Under the pieces are notes generated by a model, which was not told where the DNA came from, ran no database searches, and saw nothing but the letters and a program-made list of their open reading frames with translations. Both the position numbers and the translations under genes were made by a program. From Thermoanaerobaculia bacterium (GTDB lineage Bacteria > Acidobacteriota > Thermoanaerobaculia > Multivoradales > Multivoraceae): 64,000 bases of DNA. The DNA is taken from assembly GCA_963664405.1 (NCBI GenBank), contig OY761158.1, positions 5,696,001 through 5,760,000 of the forward strand. Direction: 5' to 3'. Positions 10,432 to 20,000 of the stretch are shown piece after piece (the stretch's first letter is position 1; every line of letters begins with the position of its first letter).

Positions 10432-11686
10432 TCCGCAGGGGCATTTTGGCCCCTACGGCGGTCGCTACGTTCCCGAAACTCTGATGGGGCCACTCGAGGA
10501 GCTCGCCCGAGCCTATGCAAAGGCCCAGAAGAACCGCAGCTTCAAGCGGCGGCTGGACGAGCTTCTCGAGCACTACGCTGGTAGACCGACGCCGCTCTAT
10601 TTCGCCGAACAGCTTTCGAAGCACCTAGGTGGAGCCAGGATCTGGCTCAAGCGAGAGGATCTTCTCCACACCGGGGCGCACAAGATCAACAATACCCTCG
10701 GCCAGGCGTTGCTGACCAAGGAGATGGGCAAGAGCCGAGTGATCGCCGAGACCGGAGCGGGTCAGCACGGTGTTGCGACGGCAGCGGCGGCGGCCCTCCT
10801 CGACCTCGAATGCACGGTCTACATGGGTGCCGAAGACATGCGTCGGCAACGTCTCAATGTGGATCGGATGCGGCTGATGGGGGCCGAGGTGGTTGCGGTC
10901 GATTCCGGGAGTCGCACTTTGAAAGATGCCATCAACGAGGCGATGCGCGACTGGGTTAGCTCGGTCAGAACGACTCATTACATCCTCGGCTCTGTGCTCG
11001 GTCCCGAGCCTTATCCTCGTATGGTGCGTGACTTTCACAAGGTCATTGGGGAAGAGGCACGCGCACAGCTGAAGCGGCAGGCGGGCCGGCCGGACCCCGA
11101 CATCGCGATCGCCTGCGTCGGCGGCGGCTCGAACTCGATCGGTCTGTTCTGGGCCTTCCTCGACCGGCCGAGCGTCCGGTTGGTGGGTGTCGAGGCCGGG
11201 GGAAGGGGCGAAGATCTGGGCGAGCACGCGGCCCGCTTCTCGGGCGGTCGTCTCGGCGTCCTGCATGGCACTCGCACTTTGGTGCTTCAAGACGAAGACG
11301 GCCAGGTCTCGACGACCCACTCCGTCTCCGCGGGCTTGGACTACCCGGCCGTGGGACCGGAACATGTCTGGCTCCATGATCAAGAGCGTATCGAGTATGT
11401 CCACGCCTCCGATGCCGAAGCGATCGAGGCTTTTCACCTGCTCTCCTCGAAGGAAGGTATTCTTCCCGCCCTCGAGAGCTCTCATGCGATCGCGGAAGTG
11501 ATGAAGCATGCGCCGAGGCTCGGGGCGGATCGCATCATTCTGGTGAATCTCTCGGGCCGTGGTGACAAAGATGTGGAGTCTGTGAACGAGTTCGACGAGG
11601 CTCACCGGCCGCCGGTCCTGAGCGACAACGTGACGGTCCACCCCGCGGCACGGGCTGCGGCCGAGGGCGAGGAGAACCAGTCATGA
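10406..11686 (+). CDS. trpB: Tryptophan synthase beta chain
   Basis: ATG at 10406. Motifs [49 protein letters not shown] and NLSGRGDKD. Confidence 0.98.
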   Translation: MAKHKQLPDPQGHFGPYGGRYVPETLMGPLEELARAYAKAQKNRSFKRRLDELLEHYAGRPTPLYFAEQLSKHLGGARIWLKREDLLHTGAHKINNTLGQALLTKEMGKSRVIAETGAGQHGVATAAAAALLDLECTVYMGAEDMRRQRLNVDRMRLMGAEVVAVDSGSRTLKDAINEAMRDWVSSVRTTHYILGSVLGPEPYPRMVRDFHKVIGEEARAQLKRQAGRPDPDIAIACVGGGSNSIGLFWAFLDRPSVRLVGVEAGGRGEDLGEHAARFSGGRLGVLHGTRTLVLQDEDGQVSTTHSVSAGLDYPAVGPEHVWLHDQERIEYVHASDAEAIEAFHLLSSKEGILPALESSHAIAEVMKHAPRLGADRIILVNLSGRGDKDVESVNEFDEAHRPPVLSDNVTVHPAARAAAEGEENQS

Positions 11687-12555
11687 GAGCTCGCCGCCGC
11701 TTTAGCGCCGCAGTCCGAGGCCACCAGAGCGACGAAATTGCAGCGGTCTTTTCCCGCTGCCGAAAGGAGAGGCGGGCTGCCTTCATCCCCTATATCTGTG
11801 CCGGTGACCCGTCGCTCGAGCGAACCGTCGATCTGCTCGAGGCTCTGGTCGCCGGCGGCGCTGACTTGATCGAGCTCGGCGTTCCTTTCTCGGACCCGAT
11901 CGCCGACGGACCCACGATCCAACGCGCGACCACACGGGCGCTGGCCGCAGGCACGACGCTTTCTGCGATCCTACAGATCGTTGCCGAGAGTCGGCCCAGG
12001 CTCGGAGTCCCGATCGTGCTTTTCAGCTACTTCAATCCGATCCACAATCGCGGGGTCGCCACTTTCGCCGAGCAGGCCGCGTCTTCTGGAGTGGACGGAT
12101 TGCTGTGCGTGGACCTCCCTCCAGAGGAAGCCGTCGCGGAGGCGGAGCCTGCTTTGGTCGAGAGAGGTATCGATCTGATCTTTCTTCTGGCCCCCACCAG
12201 CACTCCGATGCGGATCAAGATCGTCGCCAAGGCCAGTCGAGGGTTTGTCTACTACGTTGCTCGCACTGGGGTAACCGGAGAGCGGGAGCGACTCCCCGAG
12301 GAGTTGGTCTCCGAGCTCGCGCGACTACGCAAAATCGTCAAGCTCCCCGTCGCGGTCGGCTTTGGGATTTCGAGCGCGGAGCAGGTGGCGCAGGTCGCGA
12401 GCGTGGCCGACGGGGTGGTGGTCGGATCTGCTTTGGTCCGTCTAATCGAAGAGCAGGCCGCAAGCGAGAATTTGGCGAGCATCCTCGAAACGCGAACTAG
12501 AGAGCTTTCCGAGGCGGTCAGAGAGGGCTGGATGAGAGGCGCTGAGAGCCAATGA
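11683..12555 (+). CDS. trpA: Tryptophan synthase alpha chain
   Basis: Motifs [35 protein letters not shown] and DGVVVGSA. Confidence 0.97.
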   Translation: MRARRRFSAAVRGHQSDEIAAVFSRCRKERRAAFIPYICAGDPSLERTVDLLEALVAGGADLIELGVPFSDPIADGPTIQRATTRALAAGTTLSAILQIVAESRPRLGVPIVLFSYFNPIHNRGVATFAEQAASSGVDGLLCVDLPPEEAVAEAEPALVERGIDLIFLLAPTSTPMRIKIVAKASRGFVYYVARTGVTGERERLPEELVSELARLRKIVKLPVAVGFGISSAEQVAQVASVADGVVVGSALVRLIEEQAASENLASILETRTRELSEAVREGWMRGAESQ

Positions 12556-12893
12556 GTTCCGAGGAGGACAGGCCGAGCGCCGCCGCCGACTCCGACGATG
12601 ACGCGGTCGATCGAGCTCTTGCCCGTTTGCGTGAGAACATCGATCAGGTGGACGTGGTTCTGGTCAAGCTGCTCAATCAGCGGGCTGAGTGGGCGCTCGA
12701 GATCGGTGATGTGAAAAAGGCCGCGGGGCTCGCGATCTATCAGCCGGGGAGGGAGAAGAAGGTGCATGAGCGCGTGCAGTCCGAGAACCGAGGGCCGCTG
12801 GACGCCCCGGCGATGAGGCGCCTCTTCGAGCGCATCATCGACGAGGCCCGCAGTCTCGAGCGTGTCGCGAGCGGAGAGGGGGAAGAACAGTGA
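12552..12893 (+). CDS. Chorismate mutase, AroQ type (monofunctional)
   Basis: LRENIDQVD...LLNQR...IGDVK...PGRE helical AroQ signature; lies downstream of trpA. Confidence 0.9.
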   Translation: MSSEEDRPSAAADSDDDAVDRALARLRENIDQVDVVLVKLLNQRAEWALEIGDVKKAAGLAIYQPGREKKVHERVQSENRGPLDAPAMRRLFERIIDEARSLERVASGEGEEQ

Positions 12894-13903
12894 TTGTGGT
12901 GATGAAGCCGCGGGTGGACGAGTCGGCGGTGGAGAGGGTGATCGACAGGCTGGTGAAGGCCGGCTGCGACATTCACCGCTCTACCGGTGCCGAGCGCACA
13001 ATTGTCGGTGCGATAGGTGTCACCGCGGAGATGGATCTCTCCGACTACGAGATTCTGCCGGGAGTCGAGAGCGTGCTTCGCGTCTCCACGCCTTACAATC
13101 TGGTCAGCCGGGCTTTCAAGCCCGAAGGCTCGAGGATCGAGATCGGCCAGGTCACGATTGGCGGAAACGAGGTCGTTGCGATAGCCGGACCCGGGCAGGT
13201 CGAATCTAGAGAACAGATCCGTAGCACTGCTGAGCAGGTCGCGCGCGCCGGCGCCAGGATTCTACGCGCTTCGGCCTTCACCCCGCGCTCCCGTCCCTAC
13301 GCCTTTCAGGGGCTCGGGGAGCAGGGCCTGCAGTGGTTGCGCGAGGCCGCCGACGAGTTCGGCCTGCTGGTCGCGAGCGAGGTGATGGCGCCCACCCATG
13401 TCGACACCGTGGCCGGTTATGCCCATCTGCTGCTGGTGGGTGGCCGTCATATGCAGAATCACGCCCTGCTCAGAGAGCTCGGAGGGGCGCGGCGTCCGGT
13501 GATTCTGAAACGCGGGATCGCCGCGACCATGGAAGACTGGCTGCTTGCGGCCGAGTACGTAGCCGCCGCCGGTGAGGACCGGATCGTGCTCTGTGAGCGG
13601 GGGATCCGCACCTTCGAGACTGCGACCCGTTACACCCTGGATCTGTCGGTCATTCCTGCGATTCACGAGATGAGTCATCTGCCAGTGATCGCCGACCCGA
13701 GCTACGGCACGGGCCTACGGGACAAGGTCGCGCCGATGGCCCGCGCCGCGGTTGCCGCAGGTGCCGACGGGCTCTTGATCGAGGTTCATTGCGACGCCGA
13801 CGAGGCCCGCTCCGACGCAGCACAGACCCTCTACCCCGACGATTTTCAGCGCCTGATGGACCAGCTTCGTATTATCGTACCGGCTCTCGGTCGGTCGGTC
13901 TGA
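12890..13903 (+). CDS. Type I-beta DAH7P synthase-like protein with N-terminal ACT domain; degenerate active site
   Basis: AroF-like throughout (FQGLG, LKRG, CERGIRTFE, IEVH, SD..Q), but canonical IAGPC reads IAGPG, KPRTS reads TPRSR, and DPSH reads DPSY. Confidence 0.9.
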   Translation: MIVVMKPRVDESAVERVIDRLVKAGCDIHRSTGAERTIVGAIGVTAEMDLSDYEILPGVESVLRVSTPYNLVSRAFKPEGSRIEIGQVTIGGNEVVAIAGPGQVESREQIRSTAEQVARAGARILRASAFTPRSRPYAFQGLGEQGLQWLREAADEFGLLVASEVMAPTHVDTVAGYAHLLLVGGRHMQNHALLRELGGARRPVILKRGIAATMEDWLLAAEYVAAAGEDRIVLCERGIRTFETATRYTLDLSVIPAIHEMSHLPVIADPSYGTGLRDKVAPMARAAVAAGADGLLIEVHCDADEARSDAAQTLYPDDFQRLMDQLRIIVPALGRSV

Positions 13904-13942
13904 CCACCGAGCAAGTGGCTCGAGCAAAAGGGGGACGACGCG

Positions 13943-14803
13943 ATGCTTAGCAGATTTGCGCCGATTTTGGCTGCCTTGGTGGTTGTGAGCTGGGCGGGGG
14001 AGCTCTTCGCTCAGGAAGAGGAGGAGAAGGACACAGGTTGGTTCGATACCGCGGAGCTTTCTCTGGTTGCGACCGGTGGTAACACCGAGGCCAACACCTT
14101 CAGTTTCAAGAATGCGTTGCTTCGTGCCTGGAGCGAGTCCGAGCTCTTGATCGAGGCTGGAGGCTTGCGCGCCGAGACGACCAACTTCACCGTGAGGGCG
14201 ATCGGCCCTTCCGCCACCGATTTTGTGAGTCTCGAAGAGTCGATGACTGAGCTCACCGCGGAGCGCTACTATTTTCGTAGCAAGTACAGCCACGAGTTTT
14301 CCGAGCTCTTGTCCTGGTTCGCGGCGGCGGGCTGGGAGCGGAACGAGTTTGCCGGTATCTCTGGCCGGTCTTCTGTGGGTGGTGGTGTCGCACAGCGGTG
14401 GTTCGACCATGACAAATCCAAATTCCGGACCGATTCCGGTCTGTTCTACACCAAGGAGCAGACCCTCGACGGCGAGCCCGACGATGACTTCGTGGCTCTG
14501 CGTCTCGCTTTGGAGTACCGACGCGAGCTGACCGGGACCACTACTTTTGACAGCGTCTTCGCCCTCGACGAGAACCTCGAGACCACTTCGGACTATCGCG
14601 TCGATACCACCAACTCGATCTCGGTGAGCATGACCGAGGCCCTCGCCCTCAAGCTCAGTTTTCAGCTGCTCTTCGATAACGAGCCGGCCTTCGTTCTGGT
14701 CGAGAGAGAGTTCCCCGAGGGTGTCTTCAGCGGAGACATGGTGGCGGTCGAGTTGGACGAGATCGACACGCTCACGACGCTCGCGTTGGTTGTGAAGTTC
14801 TGA
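13943..14803 (+). CDS. DUF481/YdiY-like outer-membrane beta-barrel protein
   Basis: Signal peptide, W..TAELSLVATGGNTE motif, amphipathic beta strands and C-terminal Phe (LVVKF). Confidence 0.75.
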   Translation: MLSRFAPILAALVVVSWAGELFAQEEEEKDTGWFDTAELSLVATGGNTEANTFSFKNALLRAWSESELLIEAGGLRAETTNFTVRAIGPSATDFVSLEESMTELTAERYYFRSKYSHEFSELLSWFAAAGWERNEFAGISGRSSVGGGVAQRWFDHDKSKFRTDSGLFYTKEQTLDGEPDDDFVALRLALEYRRELTGTTTFDSVFALDENLETTSDYRVDTTNSISVSMTEALALKLSFQLLFDNEPAFVLVEREFPEGVFSGDMVAVELDEIDTLTTLALVVKF

Positions 14804-14874
14804 TCCCCGGTCGCCCTTTTGCCTCGGCGCTCCCGTAGCGACGGACGATCGCGGTATACAGTAGCTACTGGTCG

Positions 14875-17800
14875 ATGGGCTGTGCGGCATCACTGGCGTT
14901 GCTTGCGGCGGTTTGCGTCCTGGTCGGCCCTTGGGTCCTGGCGGTGTGGGCTTGGAGGCGTCAGGGAGTCAACCGCGGGCGGCTGGACGAGATCGAGCTC
15001 GACTTGGGAAGTGTCGCGGCTCGTCTGAGCGGGCGTCTGGAAGAGATCGAGCGGAAGCTCTCCGATGGGGCAGGATCTGCCAGTTCCGAAGCGCCGGTCT
15101 TGCCTCGAGAGGGGCTCGCCACTTCGCCGGTGGAGCCTGCTGCTGCGCCGCTCGCCTCGGAACCGCCAGGGCCGCCCCCTGAGGCCCCGCGGCCTTCAGA
15201 GCTTCCTGAATCACCAAAGGAGCTCCCAGAGCCGCCCGCGCCTCGCCAAGAGGCACCCCAGCCACCGGGTGACTCATCCCCAACACGCACGATCGAGTGG
15301 GAACGCTGGATCGGAGTCCGCGGTGCCGCGGTGCTGGGTGCGGTGGTCTTGGCTCTGGCCGGAATTCTCTTCCTGCGCTATTCGATCGAGCGTGGACTGA
15401 TCCCGCCGCCAGTTCGGGTTGCATTCGGAATTTTCGCTGGTATCACCTGCATACTGGGGTCCGAACGGCTTCGACGTCGACACTACGTGATCAATGCCAA
15501 CGCCCTTGCCGGTGCTGGTGTGGTCTTGCTCTACGCGGCACTGTGGGCCGCCCGAGCTCTCTACGAAATGATCGGCGCTGGGACCGGCTTCGCGCTGATG
15601 GTTTTGGTGACGGCGGCTTGCGGTGCCTTATCGTGGCGCTACGGGTCGCTACTGATTGCCGTCCTCGGGCTCATCGGCGGCTTCAGTACGCCGCTTCTGA
15701 TGTCCTCGGCGAGTCCCAACCCGATCGGACTTTTTGGCTACATCTTGCTCTTGGACCTCGGCCTTCTAGTTCTCGCCGGTCGCCGAGGATGGTCGGTCCT
15801 CTTTCCGCTCGCTTTGGTGGGGACGGTCCTTTATCAAGTGTTGTGGACATCGTCTTCAATGGGCCCCGAGCGCGCCATTCTCGGCCTTGTCATCGTCGGA
15901 GCCTTCGGCCTTCTCTTCGGTCTCGCTGGTTTATTGAAGAGCAAGCGGGACGATGTTGGAGCGAGTGGCGCCACAGTCTGGCGAAGCTCCGAAACGGCCG
16001 GCCTGCTCTTCTCGTTCGCCTTGGGTCTCAATTTCGCGGCCCGCGCCGAGCTCGGTCTGCATCTGTACCCGATAGGTGCGCTGCTGGTCGTCCTCAGCGC
16101 TGCGGCGCAGTGGATCGGACGAGCCCACGGAACCCAGCTCTTGAGTCTGGCCGCGGCCGCTGCGGATATCGCTGTTTTATCGGTGTGGGCCTGGCGGAGC
16201 CAATGGACTGTGCCGCTGGCGTGGGAATTGGTTCTGGTCAGTGTGGCCCTCGCGTTGGTTTTTCATGTCGGCTTCGAGGCCGATTTGCGGAAGAGTCGCG
16301 TCGGCGACGGCGTGGGTCGGGCTTTCGAGCTCGCTCCCGTTGTGGCCTCGGCCGGCCTATTAGTGCTCGTGGTCTTTTTCTCGCTGGCGTCCAACATCGT
16401 GCTGTGGCCGTGGCTGGCGGGCGTAGCGGCGCTGGCGACTCTCCTCGTGCGCCACTCCAGAGTGCCGGGTCGGGCGCCGCTCCAGGCCGTAGCGGCGGTC
16501 GGCTTTGCTACTACCTGCGCTTCCTTCTATGTGCTTGAGAAGACGAGCTCTTTCTTCCCGCACCCCGCCTTGTTCTTCGCGATGGCCACCGCCGGAGGTC
16601 TGGTCTTTCAGGTCTTGCCGGTGGTGCTACGAGGCCAGAGGGTGTGCTATTGGGGCAATGTCGGAGGGGCGCTCTGCGCGGGGATTCTGCTGTTGAGCTT
16701 GGTACCTGATTCTGGCTCGAGCCTTCCTGCGCCGGCGTTTCTCGGCTTGAGCTTGTTTTTCGGTCTTTTGGTCACGCTCTCGGTGACTCGTATGCCTTCG
16801 GCGGTCGGCTACCTGCTCGCAATGGCGCTGGTGGCCTCGGTGCATACTTTATGGGCCGCAGACGAGCCCGCGGCCGGCACGGCTCTCTTGGGGCTCATCG
16901 TCGTGGTCGTTGCCGCGGCCTTCTTTACCTTCTGGCCGTCCTTTGTCGCGGGCCACTTCGAGTCGTGGGGGCTGGTTTGGAAGGTGTCGGCCTTGGCTGG
17001 GCCTGCCTGGTTCTTCGTTGCCAAGGATCTCTTCGGGCTTCGTTTCGGTGGTTCTGCCATCGGGGTCGTTCCCTTGGTCCTTGGCGCCCTCTCTTTGAGC
17101 GCAGCTTTCCGTGGACGGTCGCTGTGGTCCCGGGATGAGTCGCTGCTGACGTCCAACTTGGCCTGGTACTCAGCTGTGGCCCTAGGCTTCGTCAGCGTTG
17201 CTGTGCCGCTGCAGCTCGACCGGGAGTGGATTACCTTGGGGTGGGCTCTCGAGGCGGCTGCGGTGACGGCTCTTTGGCGCCGCCTCGACCATGCGGGTCT
17301 CAAGTACTTTGCCCTGGCGCTGCTCGGCGCAGTCTCGGTGCGCCTCATCGCCAACCCCGCACTGTTGGGTTACCACGAGCGATCGGGATGGCCGGTACTC
17401 AACTGGTTGGCGTATACCTACCTGGTACCGGTGGCGGCACTGCTGGTCGTTGCTTACCTCCTACGCACAGTCGAGATCGAGCGGGCGCGGGGTTGGGAAG
17501 ATGCGCTTTATCGGCGAGGCCACTCTTGGTGGTCCTCGATCTGTGGGCTCGCGGCGATCCTGCTGACTTTTGTGTGGATCAATCTGACTATCGTCGATGC
17601 TTTTTCCAGCGGCCCGCGCCTGGGTCTCTCTCTCGATCGGCTTCCGGCTCGCGATCTGACCCTTTCTCTAGCCTGGGTTGTTTATGCTCTGGTCTTGCTC
17701 ACTCTGGGCGTCATCAAGGACGCCGGGGCGTTGCGCTGGCTCAGCCTCGGGTTCTTGGTGCTCTCGATCGGCAAGGTCTTTCTGTACGATCTAGGCGAGC

Positions 17801-17919
17801 TCCGTGATCTCTATCTGGTTGCGTCCCTGGTGGGGCTCGCGTTTTCGCTCATCGGGGTCTCTCTGGCGTACCAGAGATTTGTTTTTCGGCGCAGTGTCGG
17901 TGGGGAGGATTCAGCATGA
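14875..17919 (+). CDS. DUF2339-family polytopic membrane protein
   Basis: Pro-rich linker, then EWERWIG..AAVLG...GILFLRYSIERGLI, GLIGGFSTPLL and C-terminal KVFLYDL; roughly 25 hydrophobic segments. Confidence 0.8.
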   Translation: MGCAASLALLAAVCVLVGPWVLAVWAWRRQGVNRGRLDEIELDLGSVAARLSGRLEEIERKLSDGAGSASSEAPVLPREGLATSPVEPAAAPLASEPPGPPPEAPRPSELPESPKELPEPPAPRQEAPQPPGDSSPTRTIEWERWIGVRGAAVLGAVVLALAGILFLRYSIERGLIPPPVRVAFGIFAGITCILGSERLRRRHYVINANALAGAGVVLLYAALWAARALYEMIGAGTGFALMVLVTAACGALSWRYGSLLIAVLGLIGGFSTPLLMSSASPNPIGLFGYILLLDLGLLVLAGRRGWSVLFPLALVGTVLYQVLWTSSSMGPERAILGLVIVGAFGLLFGLAGLLKSKRDDVGASGATVWRSSETAGLLFSFALGLNFAARAELGLHLYPIGALLVVLSAAAQWIGRAHGTQLLSLAAAAADIAVLSVWAWRSQWTVPLAWELVLVSVALALVFHVGFEADLRKSRVGDGVGRAFELAPVVASAGLLVLVVFFSLASNIVLWPWLAGVAALATLLVRHSRVPGRAPLQAVAAVGFATTCASFYVLEKTSSFFPHPALFFAMATAGGLVFQVLPVVLRGQRVCYWGNVGGALCAGILLLSLVPDSGSSLPAPAFLGLSLFFGLLVTLSVTRMPSAVGYLLAMALVASVHTLWAADEPAAGTALLGLIVVVVAAAFFTFWPSFVAGHFESWGLVWKVSALAGPAWFFVAKDLFGLRFGGSAIGVVPLVLGALSLSAAFRGRSLWSRDESLLTSNLAWYSAVALGFVSVAVPLQLDREWITLGWALEAAAVTALWRRLDHAGLKYFALALLGAVSVRLIANPALLGYHERSGWPVLNWLAYTYLVPVAALLVVAYLLRTVEIERARGWEDALYRRGHSWWSSICGLAAILLTFVWINLTIVDAFSSGPRLGLSLDRLPARDLTLSLAWVVYALVLLTLGVIKDAGALRWLSLGFLVLSIGKVFLYDLGELRDLYLVASLVGLAFSLIGVSLAYQRFVFRRSVGGEDSA

Positions 17920-19994
17920 GATCTCGTGGCAGGCCCGGAGTGTTGTTCCTAAGCACACTACTCGCCCTTGTCTATGGGCGGAGTGTGGCTCAGCCGCCCG
18001 ACCTGGCTAGTCTCTTTCCACATCAAGCCGAGATCGAAGCCCCATCCGGTCTCGCCCGCCTGGAGCTGCCGGCCGAGGTGCTTGCAGAGTGTCGTGCGGA
18101 TCTTTCCGATCTCAGGCTCTTTGACAGTCGAGGCAACGAGGTTGCCTACGTCGTCGACAATGGTATTGAAGACGGAGTCGACCTGGAACTACGGCAGAGT
18201 GTGGGGCTGGTGTTGCTCGAGGCAGATCGCCAGACGGTTGCGCGAGGCCGCGCTCCGCGGTTGCTCGGAGAGAGATACCTTTTGGGAGTACCTCTCGACC
18301 TCCTCGAGGCCGGTGACTGGGATCTTGTTTTCGACATCGAAAGAGCTGACTTCGTGACCAAGGTCGATTTGACCGCGCTCTTCGATCGGGGCCGCGACCG
18401 GCCGCTGGTGGAGGGTGGGTCGATTTTTCGCATGGCCGGCTCTGGCCGAGAGAAGGTGCGCCTACCTCTGCCACCGCTCACCGCGTCGCGACTTCGTCTT
18501 TCCCTCGAGACCGAAGGTGGAAGTTTTCTCGAACCGCGAATGATGCTCGAGCGCCGCAGCAGGATCGAGGCACGGGAGCCCCTCGTGGTCACTCTTCGTC
18601 AGAGCTCGAGAAGAGATTTCGGGGGTTCGACTACGATCGAGCTCGAGCGCCCGCGCGGCCTCGTTCCCGAGCGTCTTCGTTTCGGCACCGCGACGCAAGC
18701 CTTCGAAAGAAGAGTCGAGGTCTGGGATCAAGGTAGCGGGGCGCGAGACGAGGTGATGGGCGAGGGAGAGATCTTTCGCCTCCAGTCTGCTGCGACGGTG
18801 GAGGGTTTGGAGCTGGCGCTGGCACCGGCGCTGGGCGAAGTGTTGCGAGTGGTGATTGAGAATCTCGACAGTCCCCCACTCGAGGAGCTCAGCTTCGAGG
18901 CCGTCCTGGGCAGTCCGGTGTTGGTCTTCGCGTTGCCCGCAGAGGAGTCCGGGCGATCTCGGGGACTGCTGCGTTTCGGTGGCGCACGAGCCCATCGCCC
19001 TCGATATGACCTCGCTCACCTGCGACCCGGACTTCCGGCACAGGGTGCCGAAGCCGTGCTGGGGGAGGTCCTCTACGACCCGATGCGCCTACCCTCAGCC
19101 AGACTGGGCGAGGTGGTCTCGAATCCAAGTTACAAGGTGGAGGCGGCGCTGGGGTGGGCGATGCGGCCAGGGGCCGAGCTCGATCCCCGTCTCTATTCCC
19201 ACCGTCGTGAGCTGGTCGCCCGCCCATCGCGAGAAGGCCTCTCACGACTTCGTTTGGGGCTGGAGGATCTGGCCGCGGCGCAACCGAGCCTTGCTGATCT
19301 GCGCCTCTTGGGGCCCAGCGACCAGCAGTGGGCTTTTCTGCTCGAGAGCGGTTCCTCGCGACTCGATCTTCCGCTCGGGCTTTCAGCTTCTTCGGTAGAG
19401 GAGGGGACGACGCACTACGAGCTGGTCCCACCAGCGGTTCCGGCGAAGTTGGATGAGATCGTGATCGACTCGGCGACCGAGTTCTTCGACCGGAGCTTCG
19501 AGCTGCTGGCTCTGCTCGAGGGTGATGCCGAGGCGACGTTGGCGCGGGGACGACTGGTTAGGCAGGCCGGAGATCCACGTGCGGTGCGGGTCGCCTTCGA
19601 GCCGCAACGAGTCGTCAGCCTTTCTCTCCGTATCGTCGACGGCGACGACGCGCCACTCCAGGGCCTGGTTGTTGGCGGGAGATTCCCGGTTCCAGATCTC
19701 TACTTCGTGGCGCCCGAGGGGCGCTATTCGCTCTTGCTTGGCAACCCCGAGGACGCGGCTCCGCGTTACGAGTTGGCTCGAGTGTCGGAGGTTGTACTGG
19801 CGGTAGCGAGCGGCGAGGCGGAGGCGGGTCCGCTCGAAGAGAACGAGCGCTTCAGCAAGCGACTACGCCTCGCGAGCGGCGCCTTCTGGCAGCAGGCCCT
19901 GCTCTGGCTCGCGATCGGCGTAGTGGTTGTCGTCTTGGTTGTTCTGACGCTGCGTCTGGTGCGTCAGGGACCGTCCCAGGACAGCGGCGAGTAG
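17916..19994 (+). CDS. Exported DUF3999-like protein with internal duplication and C-terminal membrane anchor
   Basis: Signal peptide; two similar units (DLSDLRLFD...PRYDL and SLADLRLLG...PRYEL); C-terminal TM helix; ATGA overlap with the DUF2339 gene. Confidence 0.65.
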   Translation: MRSRGRPGVLFLSTLLALVYGRSVAQPPDLASLFPHQAEIEAPSGLARLELPAEVLAECRADLSDLRLFDSRGNEVAYVVDNGIEDGVDLELRQSVGLVLLEADRQTVARGRAPRLLGERYLLGVPLDLLEAGDWDLVFDIERADFVTKVDLTALFDRGRDRPLVEGGSIFRMAGSGREKVRLPLPPLTASRLRLSLETEGGSFLEPRMMLERRSRIEAREPLVVTLRQSSRRDFGGSTTIELERPRGLVPERLRFGTATQAFERRVEVWDQGSGARDEVMGEGEIFRLQSAATVEGLELALAPALGEVLRVVIENLDSPPLEELSFEAVLGSPVLVFALPAEESGRSRGLLRFGGARAHRPRYDLAHLRPGLPAQGAEAVLGEVLYDPMRLPSARLGEVVSNPSYKVEAALGWAMRPGAELDPRLYSHRRELVARPSREGLSRLRLGLEDLAAAQPSLADLRLLGPSDQQWAFLLESGSSRLDLPLGLSASSVEEGTTHYELVPPAVPAKLDEIVIDSATEFFDRSFELLALLEGDAEATLARGRLVRQAGDPRAVRVAFEPQRVVSLSLRIVDGDDAPLQGLVVGGRFPVPDLYFVAPEGRYSLLLGNPEDAAPRYELARVSEVVLAVASGEAEAGPLEENERFSKRLRLASGAFWQQALLWLAIGVVVVVLVVLTLRLVRQGPSQDSGE

Positions 19995-20000
19995 CTCTCG

